From the human T2T-CHM13v2.0 reference genome, Homo sapiens: a stretch of 64,000 nt of DNA. Numbering within the stretch: position 1 is the first letter of the stretch; each line of letters starts with the position of its first letter. The notes under the pieces were generated by a model. It did not search any database. It was not told the DNA's origin and saw only the letters and a list, made by a program, of their open reading frames with translations. The DNA is taken from the NCBI RefSeq assembly GCF_009914755.1, contig NC_060934.1; one strand, written 5' to 3'. This document shows positions 1 to 16,780 of this stretch, piece after piece. Position numbers and translations under genes: made by a program.

Positions 1-360
<360 letters not shown>

Positions 361-458
361 TTAAAAAATTTGTGCTTCAAAATAATGAGAAAATAGAAAA
401 ATCACAAGCTAGGAGAAAATGCTTGAAAATCATATATTTGGTAACAGACTTGAATCCA

Positions 459-795
<337 letters not shown>

Positions 796-1265
796 TCAAT
801 ATATGGGAAGACCAACAACCTGATTTAAAAAAAGATTTGAATAGACAGTTTACCAAACAAGACAAGTGAATGGCTAATAAGTACATGAAACAATGCTTAG
901 CATCATTAGGAAAATACAAATTAAAATCACAATGATATACCACTACACACCTATTGGAATGACTGTAATAAAGAAGACAGACAATAACAGGTGTTGATGA
1001 GGGTGTGGAGAAACTGGAACTCTCGTATATTCACATGGAGATGTGAAATGGTTCCACCACTTTGGAAAACGGTTTAGCAGTTCCTCAAAAAATTAAATTT
1101 ACCATACAACCCAAGTATTTCACTCCTAGGAATCTTCAACAAAAATGAAAACACAGGTCTGCAGGAGGACTTGTACGCAATGTTCACAGCAGCATTATTC
1201 CTAATAGCCCAAAACTGGAAACAATCCAAATGTGAATGGATAAATAAAATTTAGTATATCCAAGC

Positions 1266-1414
1266 AATAAAATACTATTTACTCTTCTGCAATAGAAAAT
1301 AATAAACTATTAATATAAGCATCTACATAAAAATGTAATGTAGTAAATAAAATACTATTTACTCTTCTGCAATAGAAAATAATAAACTATTAATATAAGC
1401 ATCTACATAAAAAT
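1266..1414. repeat. Perfect 69-bp direct duplication with an 11-bp spacer
   Basis: 1266-1334 is identical to 1346-1414. Spacer GTAATGTAGTA. Confidence 0.92.
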
Positions 1415-2020
1415 ATTGTGCTAAGTAAAAGAAGCCAGACACAAAAGACTACCTTATTATTGTATTTATATGAAATGTCCAGTAAATGCAAGTCTATAGA
1501 GACTGAAAGCTGTTTTATAGTTGCCTGGGGCTAGGGTAGAAATGAGGATTGACTGAAAGCTAGCAGGAGGGATCTTTTTGGGGTGATGGAAATGTTCTAA
1601 AACTGAATGGCAGTAATAATTGCATAACTGCAAATTTACTAAAATTCACTAAAATTAATAAAAATCACCGAATTGTACAGTTAAAATGGATAACTTATGG
1701 TATATAAATTATACCTCAAAAAAAGTTGTTAAAAAATATGAAGCAGTCAGAGTAGATGAGACAAGGAAAATGTAGCTTCCTTTGGAGTCAGCTGTAAAGC
1801 GAGATATCTAATGCTGACAGGCCATGATGAGTGCAAACACTGTAATGGATGATTCCCTCTTCCTGCCTTTTAATCAGTCACAGCAAATCCGTCTACCAGA
1901 AGCCAATCTAATTGCCCAAGTTCTGTCTATGGCCCACTGAAAAAAACAGTCTTCTTCCTTCCTTATATCCCATGCCTCTCACCATTCTTGTCATGTATCC
2001 TCTGCTCAATCTCCTGCTTA

Positions 2021-2322
2021 GTTTTTTTTTTTTTTTTTTTGAGACAGAGTCTCACTCTGTTGCTTAGGCTGGAGTGCAATGGAGCAATCTTGGCTCACTG
2101 CAACCTTCGCCTTCCAAGTTCAAGCAATTCTCTTGCCTTAGCTTCCCAAGTAGCTGGGATTACAGACACCTGTCACCATGGCCAGCTAATTTTTTGTATT
2201 TTTGTAGAGATGTGCTTTCGCCATGTTGGCCAGGCTGGTCTTGAACTCCTGACCTCAGGTGATCCAACTACCTTGGCCTCCCAAAGTGCTGGGATTACAG
2301 GCGTGAGTCACTGCGCCCAGCC
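2021..2322 (-). mobile_element. AluS
   Basis: Poly(T) then Alu reverse complement, TSD TCTCCTGCTTAGTTTT. Confidence 0.9.
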
Positions 2323-4177
2323 TCTCCTGCTTAGTTTTAAAACAATTTTAATTAATATTTTTATACCAGGTACAAGGCAATTCTTTCTGAACCCTGTGCT
2401 ACATGTGGCCCATGTTACCTATTTCTTGGGTACCTTTCAGAGGTATTACTATGCCTGTCTTGCTCTAATAAAGCATCTTCCTATTGCAAACCCCAGACTT
2501 CTCTTCAACTGTTGCCTGGCAGCAGGGGAAATTATACCATTTCTGTTACTTACATTTCCACAGGTATCTAATCTTTCTGAAACATCACTTTCTTCATATC
2601 TTTATCCCTTCCGCTCACAACATGTCCATGATTTCCTACTGTCAATTGGATAAACCTCCAAACCTTTTAGCCTGGGATTTACGGTCTTCCACCATCTGCT
2701 TCCATAACTTAACCTTTCTAGCTATCTTCCTAAGAATCTTAGGCTGGCATCTGGCAACACTGGTTTTGTTTCCCTAAAAACTTGTGCTTATTTAAACCAT
2801 GGAGAATAAGGAGTGGCAACAAACAGGATGATTAGTAAGAAGGCTATGGACTCTGGAATAAGAATAAAGCTTTGAACCCTGGTGCCGCCTTCCTAAGACA
2901 TTGTTGATCTCAGGTTAATAACTAAGGCTCAGAGGACTATTTTTCATCTGAAATATGATAATTCTACCTAGTATCTACCAAGCAGGTAGATACACAAGAT
3001 ATGTAAAATGTCTAGTACACAGAAAGTACTCAGTAAGTGGTAGATATGAGTCCTTAGTAATTTGGCAGGCTCATTACTACAGAACTAGTGATAATTAATT
3101 TATTCTACTAAGCTCTGAAGTAGGCTCTCTTCTCTGGAATGTGTAGGATCTTGAGGGATAGGGAATAGGGGAAAAGTTGATGTAAATGAAATTCATTGTG
3201 GGGAAAAAACAGGAAAATAATAGAGGGAAAACTCATAAAACTAAATCTCCTATAGTAATTCATAGCTTAGTACTCCTTTGGGGGAAGTACAGGTTTCAAA
3301 GCTAATTAGTAACAACAACAACAACAAAAAGTAGAGTTCTAGTCTTTTTAGTTTTATGGCCACATTTCACACGCTATACTACATAGTGACTGGTGGGCAC
3401 CTAATATTTGGAGTTAATGAGTTTTCAAGGGGTATGCTAGCAATTTCTAGAATCTGATATTCCACAGATGACTAATGTGGTTCAAATATCTGAGAATAAG
3501 TGAAAAAGGAGAGCTCGCATATATTATCCACAGATGATATGAAAACTTAACAATCTAATAGTTTTATTAGAACTGTTTGATAAGTACTAACTGCTTAATG
3601 GCTAGTAGCAGAATTAATAAGCAATCATACACACAGAAGGCTGTTGGGGATAGGGCTACGACAGGAAACACTTAGCAAAAGCAAATGTCTTTATAAGCTT
3701 CTGCTTGTCAAAATCCTACTCCATGTTTAAGGCCAAGTTCGAATTGTACTTCCTCTAAGAAATCTTACTCGGTCTCTTCAGCTGGCTCTAATCTTCCTCC
3801 TTAGTGCTTCAAAAAGATCTCATACCTTTAATAGAGTACTCAACATATTTATCATTGCACTTGATAAGCATTTACCGCCACCATACAGAGGACATGCAAA
3901 GATGAATAAGGCACTGCTCTCAAGAAGCTCAAAGCTAAGTGAGTTACCTTGCTTTATATTTGTTTAAAATCTGTTTCGTTCCAGTAGGAATGCTAAGTTC
4001 TATGAGGCAGACACTGGTGTGCTCACTACTGCATTCCCAGTATTTAGAAGACTGCTTGGCACATAGTGGCTGATCGATAAATATTGAATATAAATGTGAA
4101 TATAGAATTACAGAGTTCTTTGCATACATATTTTTCTCTTACTAGACTATTACAGACTTAAGAAATATATATAGTTG

Positions 4178-4480
4178 TGCTGGGTGTGGTGGCTCACGCC
4201 TGTAATCCCAGCACTTTGGGAGGCCAAGGCGGGTGGATCACGAGGTCAGGAGATCGAGACCATCCTGGCTGACATGGTGAAACCCTGTCTCTACTAAAAA
4301 CACACAAAAAATTAGCCAGGCGTGGCAGTGGGCACCTGTAGCCCCAGCTACTCAGGAGGCTGAGGCAGGAGAATGGCATGAACCCAGGAGGCGGAGCTTG
4401 CAGTGAGCCGAGATCAGGCCACTGCACTCCAGCCTAGACAACAGAGCGAGACTCCGTCTCAAAAAAAAAAAAAAAAGAAA
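4178..4480 (+). mobile_element. AluY
   Basis: Y diagnostics GATCACGAGGTCAGGAGATCGAGACCATCCTGGCT and GGAGCTTGCAG. TSD AAGAAATA(TATA)TAGTTGT. Confidence 0.9.
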
Positions 4481-4815
4481 GAAATATAGTTGTAAGGATA
4501 AGGGATGGTCTTTTTCACAGCACCTGGCTTAGTGTCTTGCACACAGCAATGTCTGCCATTGAACTGAGTTATAATTTTCAATTTCATCCTTAAGAAGTTA
4601 CTAGTTAGTAGCTTCTGCATTCATAAACATAGAGGATCACCACTGTGAATTACATTTATGAAGTCTCAGAAAACTCTTTGTTAAATAAAAACATGGTGGT
4701 TTTTCAGAGCATCAATAGAGTAATTTTTGTCAAGCACGGCAGGTTCCCCAGTTCTTCAAACTATTACTTAGAGATAAAACAGCTAGAGACACTGATGGAG
4801 CATTGCATCTCTCGA

Positions 4816-5408
4816 GCAGTGGCTCATAAGCCTAGCTGCACATTAGATTTACCTGGGGACCCTTTGTATTAGTTCGTTCTTATGCTGTTAATAAAGACAT
4901 ACCTGAGACCAGGTAATTTACAAAGGAAAGAGGTTTAATTGACTCACAGTTTTGCAGGGCTAGGGACACCTCAGGAAACTTACAGTCATGGCAGAAGGGG
5001 AAGCAAACATATCCTTCTTTGCATGGCAGCAGGAAGAAGAATGAGTGCCTGGTGAAGGGGGAAGCCTTTTATGAAACCATCAGATCTCATGAGAACTAAC
5101 TCATTGTCATGAGAACAGGATGGGGGAAACTGCCCCATGATTCAATTATCTCCACCTGTTCCCTCCCAGGACATATGGGGATTATGGGAACTACAATTCA
5201 ACATGAGATCTGGGTGGGGACACAGCCAAACCATATCACCCTTTAAGAAACACTTCTGGAATTTCTCATGCAGAGGGTTAAGAAAACCCCAGAACACTGA
5301 TGCCTGGACCCACCTACTGAGCCTCTGATTTAATTGATTTGAAGAGGGCCCAAACAACCACATTCCTTAAAAATTCCTCAAGTGATCCTATAGTAGAGAA
5401 GCACTGCT
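4816..5408. mobile_element. MER5-like hAT-Charlie MITE split by THE1
   Basis: CAGTGG...GAGAAGCACTG termini and an internal GCTGCACATTAGA.TTACCTGGGGA / TCTGATTTAATTG pattern. Confidence 0.55.
4865..5238 (-). mobile_element. THE1 (ERVL-MaLR) solo LTR
   Basis: TGTATTAG...CCAAACCATATCA termini, 5-bp TSD CCCTT on both sides, inserted in a MER5-like element. Confidence 0.9.
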
Positions 5409-6849
5409 TTACAGGAAGAGTATGATTAGGAGAAACAGCACTTTCTTAAGGAAAAGACAAGATCTGGAATAGGAAGCCTTGGATTTTAGACCAGACTCTG
5501 AATGGGTTATTAACTTCTCTTTCTGTCTCTATATTCTCAAAAATACAGTATCTAACAAGGCTGTTAGAAAGGAAGAGAAAAATGGCTGTGAAACATTGCA
5601 TGGTCATTAATTTATATGCAAAAATTTAATACCACCACTAGGACCTTCAATCTCTTAGGTCTTGTTTGATACCTTGATACAGAACCTCACACAGAAACTG
5701 ATTAATGTCAGCCAAATGAAAACTTACATTTTCATGTTAACAAATCCAAAGTGGAATAAAAGAAGCAATTAGAAAGCAGATGGTGATTCCCCTTTTATAG
5801 GAAATGGTCCTAGAGAGATGGACTCGTAACCTTAGGAGCAAAGGCCCTTCCTTGACACTCACTTTAGTTAATTGCTATGTTCACAAACTATTTAATCAAC
5901 ATGAGAGGACAATCAATCTTAATCTTGTTGCTAACACAGGCTAGAAATTCTGGGCCAAAAGTAATTTAACACCGCAGATTTTCATCATCTGACAAAATTT
6001 GTCCTTTCATTTTAGAGCTCTTTTGCAAGGTCTTCAGATCCTAAATTAACTCCTGCCAATGCTCAAATACTCTTCCTTCAAGGGAGATGCCTCCAATGCC
6101 CCTTATTGCTTTTAAGTGTAAACTCACAATGAAATATGAATTCACCTATCATGATAGATAATTAAAGTCAAATCAATATCTGGACCAACCTTTAAAAATA
6201 AGCATGGTCTAAATAAACGAGCATGTCTGAATGTAAACACTATTCTTCCAGCATAGGGGTAAAAAATCCACCTATACATTCGTAATCAGTTTTTTGAAAT
6301 TACGATTTCCAACAGATATGAGCTAAGTATTGGGTACTGTAGAAGTGCTCTATGGGAGATAAATGTTTTTTCTCTGTCACTTTCCATTAATGATGAGTCT
6401 TCCCCACAGCCAAGAGAACACCTGCTGTGGGAAAAGGCTGGACTGAGTTCAGAGAAGCTGACACTTCCTCTCAGAGCCAGCCTGCCCTCATTTGCAGCCC
6501 ACAGCCTGGTTCAGAGGTCCTTTCAACTTTTCAATATCCAAGACAAGGAGGAAAAAGTCTGGCTGATAAGAAGGGTTTTCCACCAAGTTAGGGCAATGCT
6601 ATGCATGCAACATTTCTTGCACAAAGACTAACTAGGAAAACTGGGACAAGCACTAGCAATCCTCTATCTTATTTTCAATTATTGAATCTTTAAAGCTAGA
6701 AGGGCCCTTACAGCAAGCATCTAGGATAAGCCTCTCAATTCATGAGGCCAGTAAGGTTAAGTGATTTGTCTAATGACTATGGGAACCTCTGAGGCAGAAG
6801 TTAGTCTCAAGTTTTCCATCTTCATGCCTACCATGCCACACTATCTTGG

Positions 6850-7514
<665 letters not shown>

Positions 7515-7685
7515 CTTGGAAATCTCTCATGGAACATTTTTAGTGCCAGGTTAGATTCTTGGTCATGGTCAGATGGTAGCCATTGTCCAGTGGGAAGAGT
7601 ACTGGGCTGGGAATGAGAAAATCTGGGTTCTAGCCTTAGCACTGCTTTGTGTGTTTATGTGTGTGTGTTCTCTTAGAGGCCTGGA

Positions 7686-8170
<485 letters not shown>

Positions 8171-8244
8171 TGAGGACTGACCTTTTAACTGGTCTCTGCT
8201 TCTGTTTGTTCATCTCTCTCTCAGATGCTGATTCAGTCCTATCA

Positions 8245-8583
8245 TCTTTTCTTTCTTTCTTTTTTTCTTTATCTTTTTTTTTGAGATAGAGTTTCGTTCT
8301 TTCTCCCAGGCTGGAGTGAAGTGGTGTGATCTTGGTTCACTGCAACCTCCGCCTCCCTCTGCACCCTCCCTTCCCCGGGTTCAAGCGATTCTCCTGCCTC
8401 AGCCTCCTGAGTAGCTGAGATTATAGGCGCCCACCACCACGCCTGGCTAATTTTTGTATTTTTAGTAGAGACAGGGTTTTGCCATGTTGGCCAGGCTGGT
8501 CTTGAACTCCTGACCTCAGGTGATCTGCGTGTCTTGACCTCCCAAAGCGTTAGGATTACAGGTGTGAGCCACCGTGCGCAGCC
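8245..8583 (-). mobile_element. AluS
   Basis: Alu reverse complement with a T-rich tail and a small internal insertion. Confidence 0.85.
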
Positions 8584-9028
8584 ACCATCTTTTCTTTCCT
8601 TGTACCAGGGGCAGCTGGTGTTGAAGGGTACCAGAGAGCAGTGTTGCTAGTGTTCCACAAATCCATGTTCTCCAACCTCAAGGCTGCTCAAAAAACTCTA
8701 ACTCATCTCCTAAATTCTAATAGGCTTATTATCAGTCTTTTTGTTTCTATGCTTGCTCTTCTCCAAACTATCTTCCATAAAACAGCCAGAGTTGTCTCTT
8801 TAAACGTACATACAACCATGTCATTTCACTACTCACAACTATTTAATGGCGTTCCATTGCACTGTGAGTGAACTCCAAACTCCCTCCATTCCTATGAAGT
8901 CTTGCATGTTCTGTTCCTCATATCCCTCTCTGAGCTCAGCTCAGGCCACTCTCCTTTTTGCTCAGAACCTTCTATACAAACTAGTCCCTTTTCAGTTCTT
9001 CACACATGCCAGGTTTGTTTTTCCTGCT

Positions 9029-9436
9029 TGTTATGGACTGACCCCACCCCCTACCCCATTCATATGTTGAAGCCCTCCCTAACCCCTACTGTGCCCAATG
9101 TGGTTGTATTTGGAGATGGGGCCTTAGAGGAAATAACAAGGCTAAATGAGGTCACAAGGGTGGGGCCCTAATCTGCTAGGATTAGTGTTCTTATAAGAAG
9201 AAACACAAAGAGATTTCTCCCTCTCTTCATGTACACACACTGAGGAAAGCCTGTGTGAGGACACATTGAAAAGGCAGCTACCTGCAAGGCAGGAGGAGAG
9301 CTCTTATCAGAAACCAAATCAGCTGGCACCTTAATCACAGGATTCTATCCTCCAGGAATGTGAGAAAATAAATTTTTCCTGTTAAAGCCACCCAGTCTGT
9401 GGTATGTTGTTACAGAAGCCCCAGTAGGCTAATACA
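9029..9436 (+). mobile_element. MLT1A/B-type MaLR solo LTR
   Basis: TGTTATGGACTG...CTAATACA termini, internal AATAAA, near-TSD CTGCT/CTGCC. Confidence 0.8.
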
Positions 9437-9725
9437 CTGCCTTGGAATTTGCCTATGTGATTTCCCACTTTCCAGAGCCTCCTCTTCCACCTCTCTCCTT
9501 TCTCTGCTTCTGTACTTTTCATCGAATAGGGATGCCTTCCAACTAGACTACTCTAATGAAACAGCCCTCTCAAAGGTCACCAATTACTGCCATTTCACCA
9601 AAACCAATGGATGTTACCACCTTTAGCTTACTGGATCCTCGCTGTTATATATGACATGGTAGACCCCTCAGTTCTTGAACCTTCTATTTCCTTGACTTTG
9701 ATTTCACTACTCTCTTTAGGTATTC

Positions 9726-10016
9726 TTTTTTTTTTTGAGATGAAGTCTCACTCTGTTGCCCAGGCTGGAGTTCAGTGGCATAATCTTGGCTCACTGCAAC
9801 CTCTGCCTCCTGGTTTCAAGTGATTCTTGTGCCTCAGCCTCTGAGTAGCTGGGATTATGGGCACGCGCCACCATGCCCAGCTAATTTTTGTATTTTTAGT
9901 AGAGATGGGGTTTCACCATGTTGGCCAGGCTGGTCTTGAACTCCTGACCTCAAGTGATCCACCTGCCTTGGCCTCCCAAAATGTTGGGATTACAGGTGTG
10001 AGCCACTGCACCCGGC
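9726..10016 (-). mobile_element. AluS
   Basis: TSD TCTTTAGGTATTCT. Confidence 0.9.
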
Positions 10017-10496
10017 TTCTTTAGGTATTCTCTAACCATTTCTTCTAGATTTGCTTCCTGAGCTGCTTAAATGTTTGTGTCCCACTGGATTCTGTCCTTG
10101 GCCCATAGTTCTTTTCTGTAAAATACCCTCCTTGGGTAATCTCATCTGTTCTTATGGTGTAATTCTAACGTGTGTTGATGATTCCCAAATCTATCTCAGA
10201 CCTCTAAGGTAATGTGAATATGCAGCTGCTTGCTGACCATCTCTACTTGGATAGTCCACAGGCATCTTAAATTTAAGATGCCCATGACTGAATTCTTTAT
10301 TTTCCCATCTAAACCGGTCTCTCCTTTAAAATTCTCAATTTCAGTTGGTGCCACCCTTTCCTGAACAAGAAACCTGGGATGATTCTGGACGCTCTCCTCT
10401 TCCTCACCCATTGCTTATTTCTTTTCTCCCTACGGACCTCAGGTACCAGAAATGAATTAGGTGTAATCATTGGTTCATGAAATACTCTCATCATTA

Positions 10497-10817
<321 letters not shown>

Positions 10818-10907
10818 CTATATTTTTGAGATACAATTCTCAGTAAGATCTGCAAAAACTAAGAAACAGAAGATATAGGTTCTTATCCCAGATCTGCCAC
10901 TTACTAT

Positions 10908-11155
10908 TGTCAGAGACAGTCAAGCCAGAGCAACAGCATCTTGAGTAAGGTCTAGGAAAGATGAGGCTGGGACTTGCTGGGCTGCATTCCCAGGAAGTTA
11001 GGTATTCCTAGCCTCTAGATGTTTATGGTTAACGGAACAGATGGATAACATTTACTGATCAGACCCAGACTCAGCAATATCCCGATATCCTGATATCTTA
11101 TGAATGGAAGCATTCCTAATTTTGCTTTAAAGATAATAATATTGATTACTCTTCT
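10908..11155 (+). mobile_element. MER41-family (ERV1) LTR 5' fragment
   Basis: TGTCAGAG...CCAGAGCAAC.CATCTTGA...GGGCTGCATTCCCAG start, characteristic of MER41. Confidence 0.75.
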
Positions 11156-11444
11156 AAAAAATTCATAAAGGTCTGAGAGCATAATTTTAAAGAAGAGTAA
11201 TATATTTTCAAGTTTCCCCAAAATAGCAATAAAATGTTAGGACATTGATAGAGATAGGACTTACATATGAGACACGAAATAAGAAAGTTAAGAGTGAATT
11301 TCTCTTTCAGCTCTCATTTCTTCAGCTAGCTCAGTAAGTTGACAGAGACCTAAATTTGTTTCCTTAGTAGTGGGACTGTGTCAATGAGCAAAACATAGAA
11401 CTGTATTTTAATACAATTACTTTTGTATCAACCTATAACAGTGA

Positions 11445-11953
<509 letters not shown>

Positions 11954-13298
11954 TCATATAGTCACTATAACAGCCTACGGAGCAGCTACTATTAGCTCCA
12001 CTCTGCAGATGAGAAAACTGAAGTAACATGCAGCTACATGTGACAGAGCTGGGATTTGAACTCAGCCTTATTTGGGTCCAAAGACTATCTCTCAACACCA
12101 CACCATTTCCTACTTCTGAGCAGTGGCACATTCGCTTCCTGTACAATAGCACTGTGTTGTTTTGGATAAACTTATACAGCCATGGGGCTTAGTCACATTT
12201 AAATGAGACACAAAACTATGTCTAAAGAAATCAACATCATCAATATTAGGTGAAAGCCTCTTTTTCAACACTGCCACTCAATTTTTGATGTTTGTCACAC
12301 CATCTTTCTATAGAGCTGATAAATTTTTGACAATACCAAAAGTTTTCAGGATTCAATTTAAGTGTGATTTATGACTCAATTTACTATCCTGAAACAAAGT
12401 GAAGGACTGACAAAATTTTCTAAATGGGCATACTTTTTGCAATGTTTAAATCAGATTTTCAGTGAAATCTGAAACCTGGGTAAAAGTTCACCTATGGGCT
12501 TCTTCAAGGCATGTGAAACAAGGCTGTGCTCCCTGCTCTCCAGGGCCGACTTTAATGATTTAAAGTGTTCATTCTACCCTTATCTGGGAGGTTTCACAGC
12601 TGTGGGGCAATCCCGTATGTTGGAACTAGATGAATTTTCAGCTTTATCTCACCAGATAGATTCATGGTTGAAAAGTTTCTTGTTTGTAACACTGGCAGCA
12701 GCTGCAGCTTGCTCAAGGCTTACAAAAGGCCTTTATTCTCTGTTCTTCATAGGGGCACAAGGCCTCGCCTCTGTTTTGTTTCAGACAGTAAGGTCAATTT
12801 CCAGTGCAGATGCCCAAGCAGCAATTCCAAGATTAGCATTTTTACTAATGTTCTTTGAAAACTCAGACTTGTCTTTTGGTAATGGGCTCTATTATGATTA
12901 TTTTTAAGTGACTGGAATCTGAAAGGGCTTAAAAACAATCAACTTCTGCTTGTCCAAGTCGTATGGCCACTTCGACGCTTACTACTTCAGTTCTATAATT
13001 TGATTTTGGGCAGCACCTCTCCTTTTAGGTTTTTAGGCTTTTCTGAGGCAGGAACCCCCTTATTTCTGAGGTCTTAAACATGGCTGGAGGGAGCCATGGA
13101 GAGCTGTTTTTCTTTACACGCAAAACTGCTAATGGAAACAGACTTGAACTAATGTCCTATTTGTTCAAAATTTATTAACTGAAGACCACTATGCTAAGGC
13201 TAGGGAACTTTGAAGGTAGTATCTCAAGGACCTTCATTCGGGTTAAATTTTCAAGGGCAATAGCTAGACATCATGTGGCTGCAGGGGTCAAGTGTATG

Positions 13299-14136
<838 letters not shown>

Positions 14137-14954
14137 TATCTTAAGCTGGGACAATCCTGTGGGTGCACTCCTGGAGTGCCATATACATGTAATCAATCCC
14201 CAAGGTTGTGGGAGGATCTTTTGAGGAAAGACACAGGTTATTACAAAATTATCATAATGTAGAAAAGTTCTAATTGCATATTTGGAAGAAATTCAAATTA
14301 CAGGCTTATATTTTACTTCACCCAAGCTATTTTCCACTAATGTTGGAACCTCTGATGTTCTACTTCAATGAAAATTAAAAGCCTCCACTGTGTTTGATTC
14401 TGAGGCACAGCATGTGTGTATTCCAGCATGCCACCCACCATCTGCATTGTTTTTCCGTGTCTAGGAAGAGAGCTTAACAGCCTCACATTTCCCCTTCTGC
14501 AGCCATTGCCACTTTCTCAAATGGATACAAGCTGTTGTTTCCCTGTTGTTCCCCAGGGGGCTGCAGGGTAGGCAAGGAGGAGCCAAAAAACTGCAAGGTT
14601 TTTCCTGGCTTTCTGTTCACACTGCGCCTCTTGTTCCCACCCGTCCCTTGTCGTTTTGGAAGGACAGATGGTCTACACGTATCTGGATGAAATGACTTAA
14701 GAATGAGAAGCCAGGAAAGGAAGAAAACATATATTATGAACAAAGGCCAAAAGTAAGAATAGAAGCACAGTAAAAGGAAAAAGAAATCAGTATCTGCAAG
14801 TGGGTCTTCATTTGTTGAAGACTTTTGAGGTTAATGTATCCAACAAATGTAAACTTCAGCCTTCTCTTTCATACAGTTATCTTTCAAGAGACTCTGTCCA
14901 TCCCCCAGAGTAAATCCTCTCCTCATACAAGTTTTCAGAATGATAAATTTTGGG

Positions 14955-15085
14955 GACCAGGTGTAGTGCCTCATGCCTGTAATCCCAGCACTTTCGGAGG
15001 CTGACATGGGTGGATCGCTTGAGCCCAGGAGTTCAAGACCAGCTTCAGCATCATAGACCCCATCTCTAAAATATATATATATATA
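14955..15085 (+). mobile_element. FLAM/Alu left monomer
   Basis: Single Alu arm, TSD GAATGATAAATTT. Confidence 0.8.
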
Positions 15086-15633
15086 TGAATGATAAATTTC
15101 TTGATAGGCTTCTGAACTGTGCAATGCAAGACTGCATAGTGATCTCAAGCCACTGAGCTGAACACATCTGTGTTTTTGAATCTGATAGTATGTGGCTTTT
15201 GAGGTCCTAACCATGCCACTGCCACTATCAGGAGTCTCAGAATAACTGTGTTATGCCCATCTAAAGGAAAATGATTACAAGGAAAGTTCTCGACTGTAAA
15301 CCTACCCGGTGAGCATGACATACACATTTCATAGTTTGAATTGAAATCTATGTTACTGCAATTGACAAGGGACACTCAAGAGCCCAGGTCAGACTGCCAG
15401 GAGTCTGAATTTTCTTGATCTTTAAAGAGGCAGCTTTATTGCAAACACTAACAAGGTTGTCTTTTGAGTAGCTGGCAAACTGAGGAAGAAGGTTCACAAT
15501 CTGGAACAGAGGCAACACAGTTTAGTGCCTTCAGCAGGGGCCAAAACAAGTCATTAGAGTCTTGGTCCATAAGATTATAGATTACCAAACTCAACTGCTA
15601 GAGCTTTCTACTTCCAATCCAAACATTCCTTCT

Positions 15634-15926
15634 ATTTTATTTTATTTTTGAGATGGAGTTTTGCTCTTGTTGCCCAGGATGGAGCGCAATGGCGCGATCT
15701 CCACTGCAACCTCTGCCTCCCAGGTTCAAGCAATTCTCCTGCCTAAGCCTCCCAAGTGGGCTGGGATTATAGGCGCTCACCACCATGCCTGGTTAATTTT
15801 TTGTATTTTTGGTAGAGATGGGGTTTCACCAAGTTGGCCAGGCTGGTCTCGAACTCCTGACATCAGGTGATCCACCCGCCTCGGCCTCAAGTGCTGGGAT
15901 TACAGGCGTGAGACACTGTACCTGGC
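15634..15926 (-). mobile_element. AluS
   Basis: Alu consensus match. Confidence 0.88.
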
Positions 15927-16447
15927 CTCCTTCCATTTAAAAATGGTTTTTAAGAAAAAATTTCAGGTTGGTGATCAAAACAACTGACTAAATGATGAGT
16001 ACCAATCACAACAGTCAGACCAGGGAAAGGTTAACCCTCCAGCCTGACAGCCAAAACCACGAAGATAATAAGATTAATGCATGAATTTATTACAAGATAA
16101 TAACAATCAGGAAATATTTGACTGAGGGTGTCAGGGAAAAATATTTTAGATTTGGAACAAAAGGTTTCAAGGTTTGATATGTTTTGTTTTCATTCCACAG
16201 AAGGTAATATACTGAAGTGACTAAGAATATGGACTTTACAATCAGGAAGGCCTGGATCCAAATTCTGGCCTGAACCCATACTTGCTGGCTGTGACTTCAA
16301 GGAAGTGGCTTACCCGTTCCGAGGGTTCAAATCTTCTTACCAAAAAATAGAGATAATATTCGTGACCTCAAAGTGTTGTTGTAAAGATTAAATGGGATAA
16401 TATATGTAAAGAAATTAGTACAGAGTTTGAGGCCCAGTTAACATTCA

Positions 16448-16780
<333 letters not shown>

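Larger units (their letters stand above)
8690..10410 (+). mobile_element. L2 fragments (interrupted by MLT1 and Alu)
   Basis: L2-type motifs CAGCCAGAG.TG.TCT.TT.AAA, AAGGTCACCAAT and TGATGA.TCCCAAATCTATCTC. Confidence 0.6.

Noticed and set aside
1988-2653. 221-aa ORF and dozens of similar 60-170-aa ORFs ([25 protein letters not shown])
   Set aside because: These are translations of Alu elements, with no independent coding evidence.
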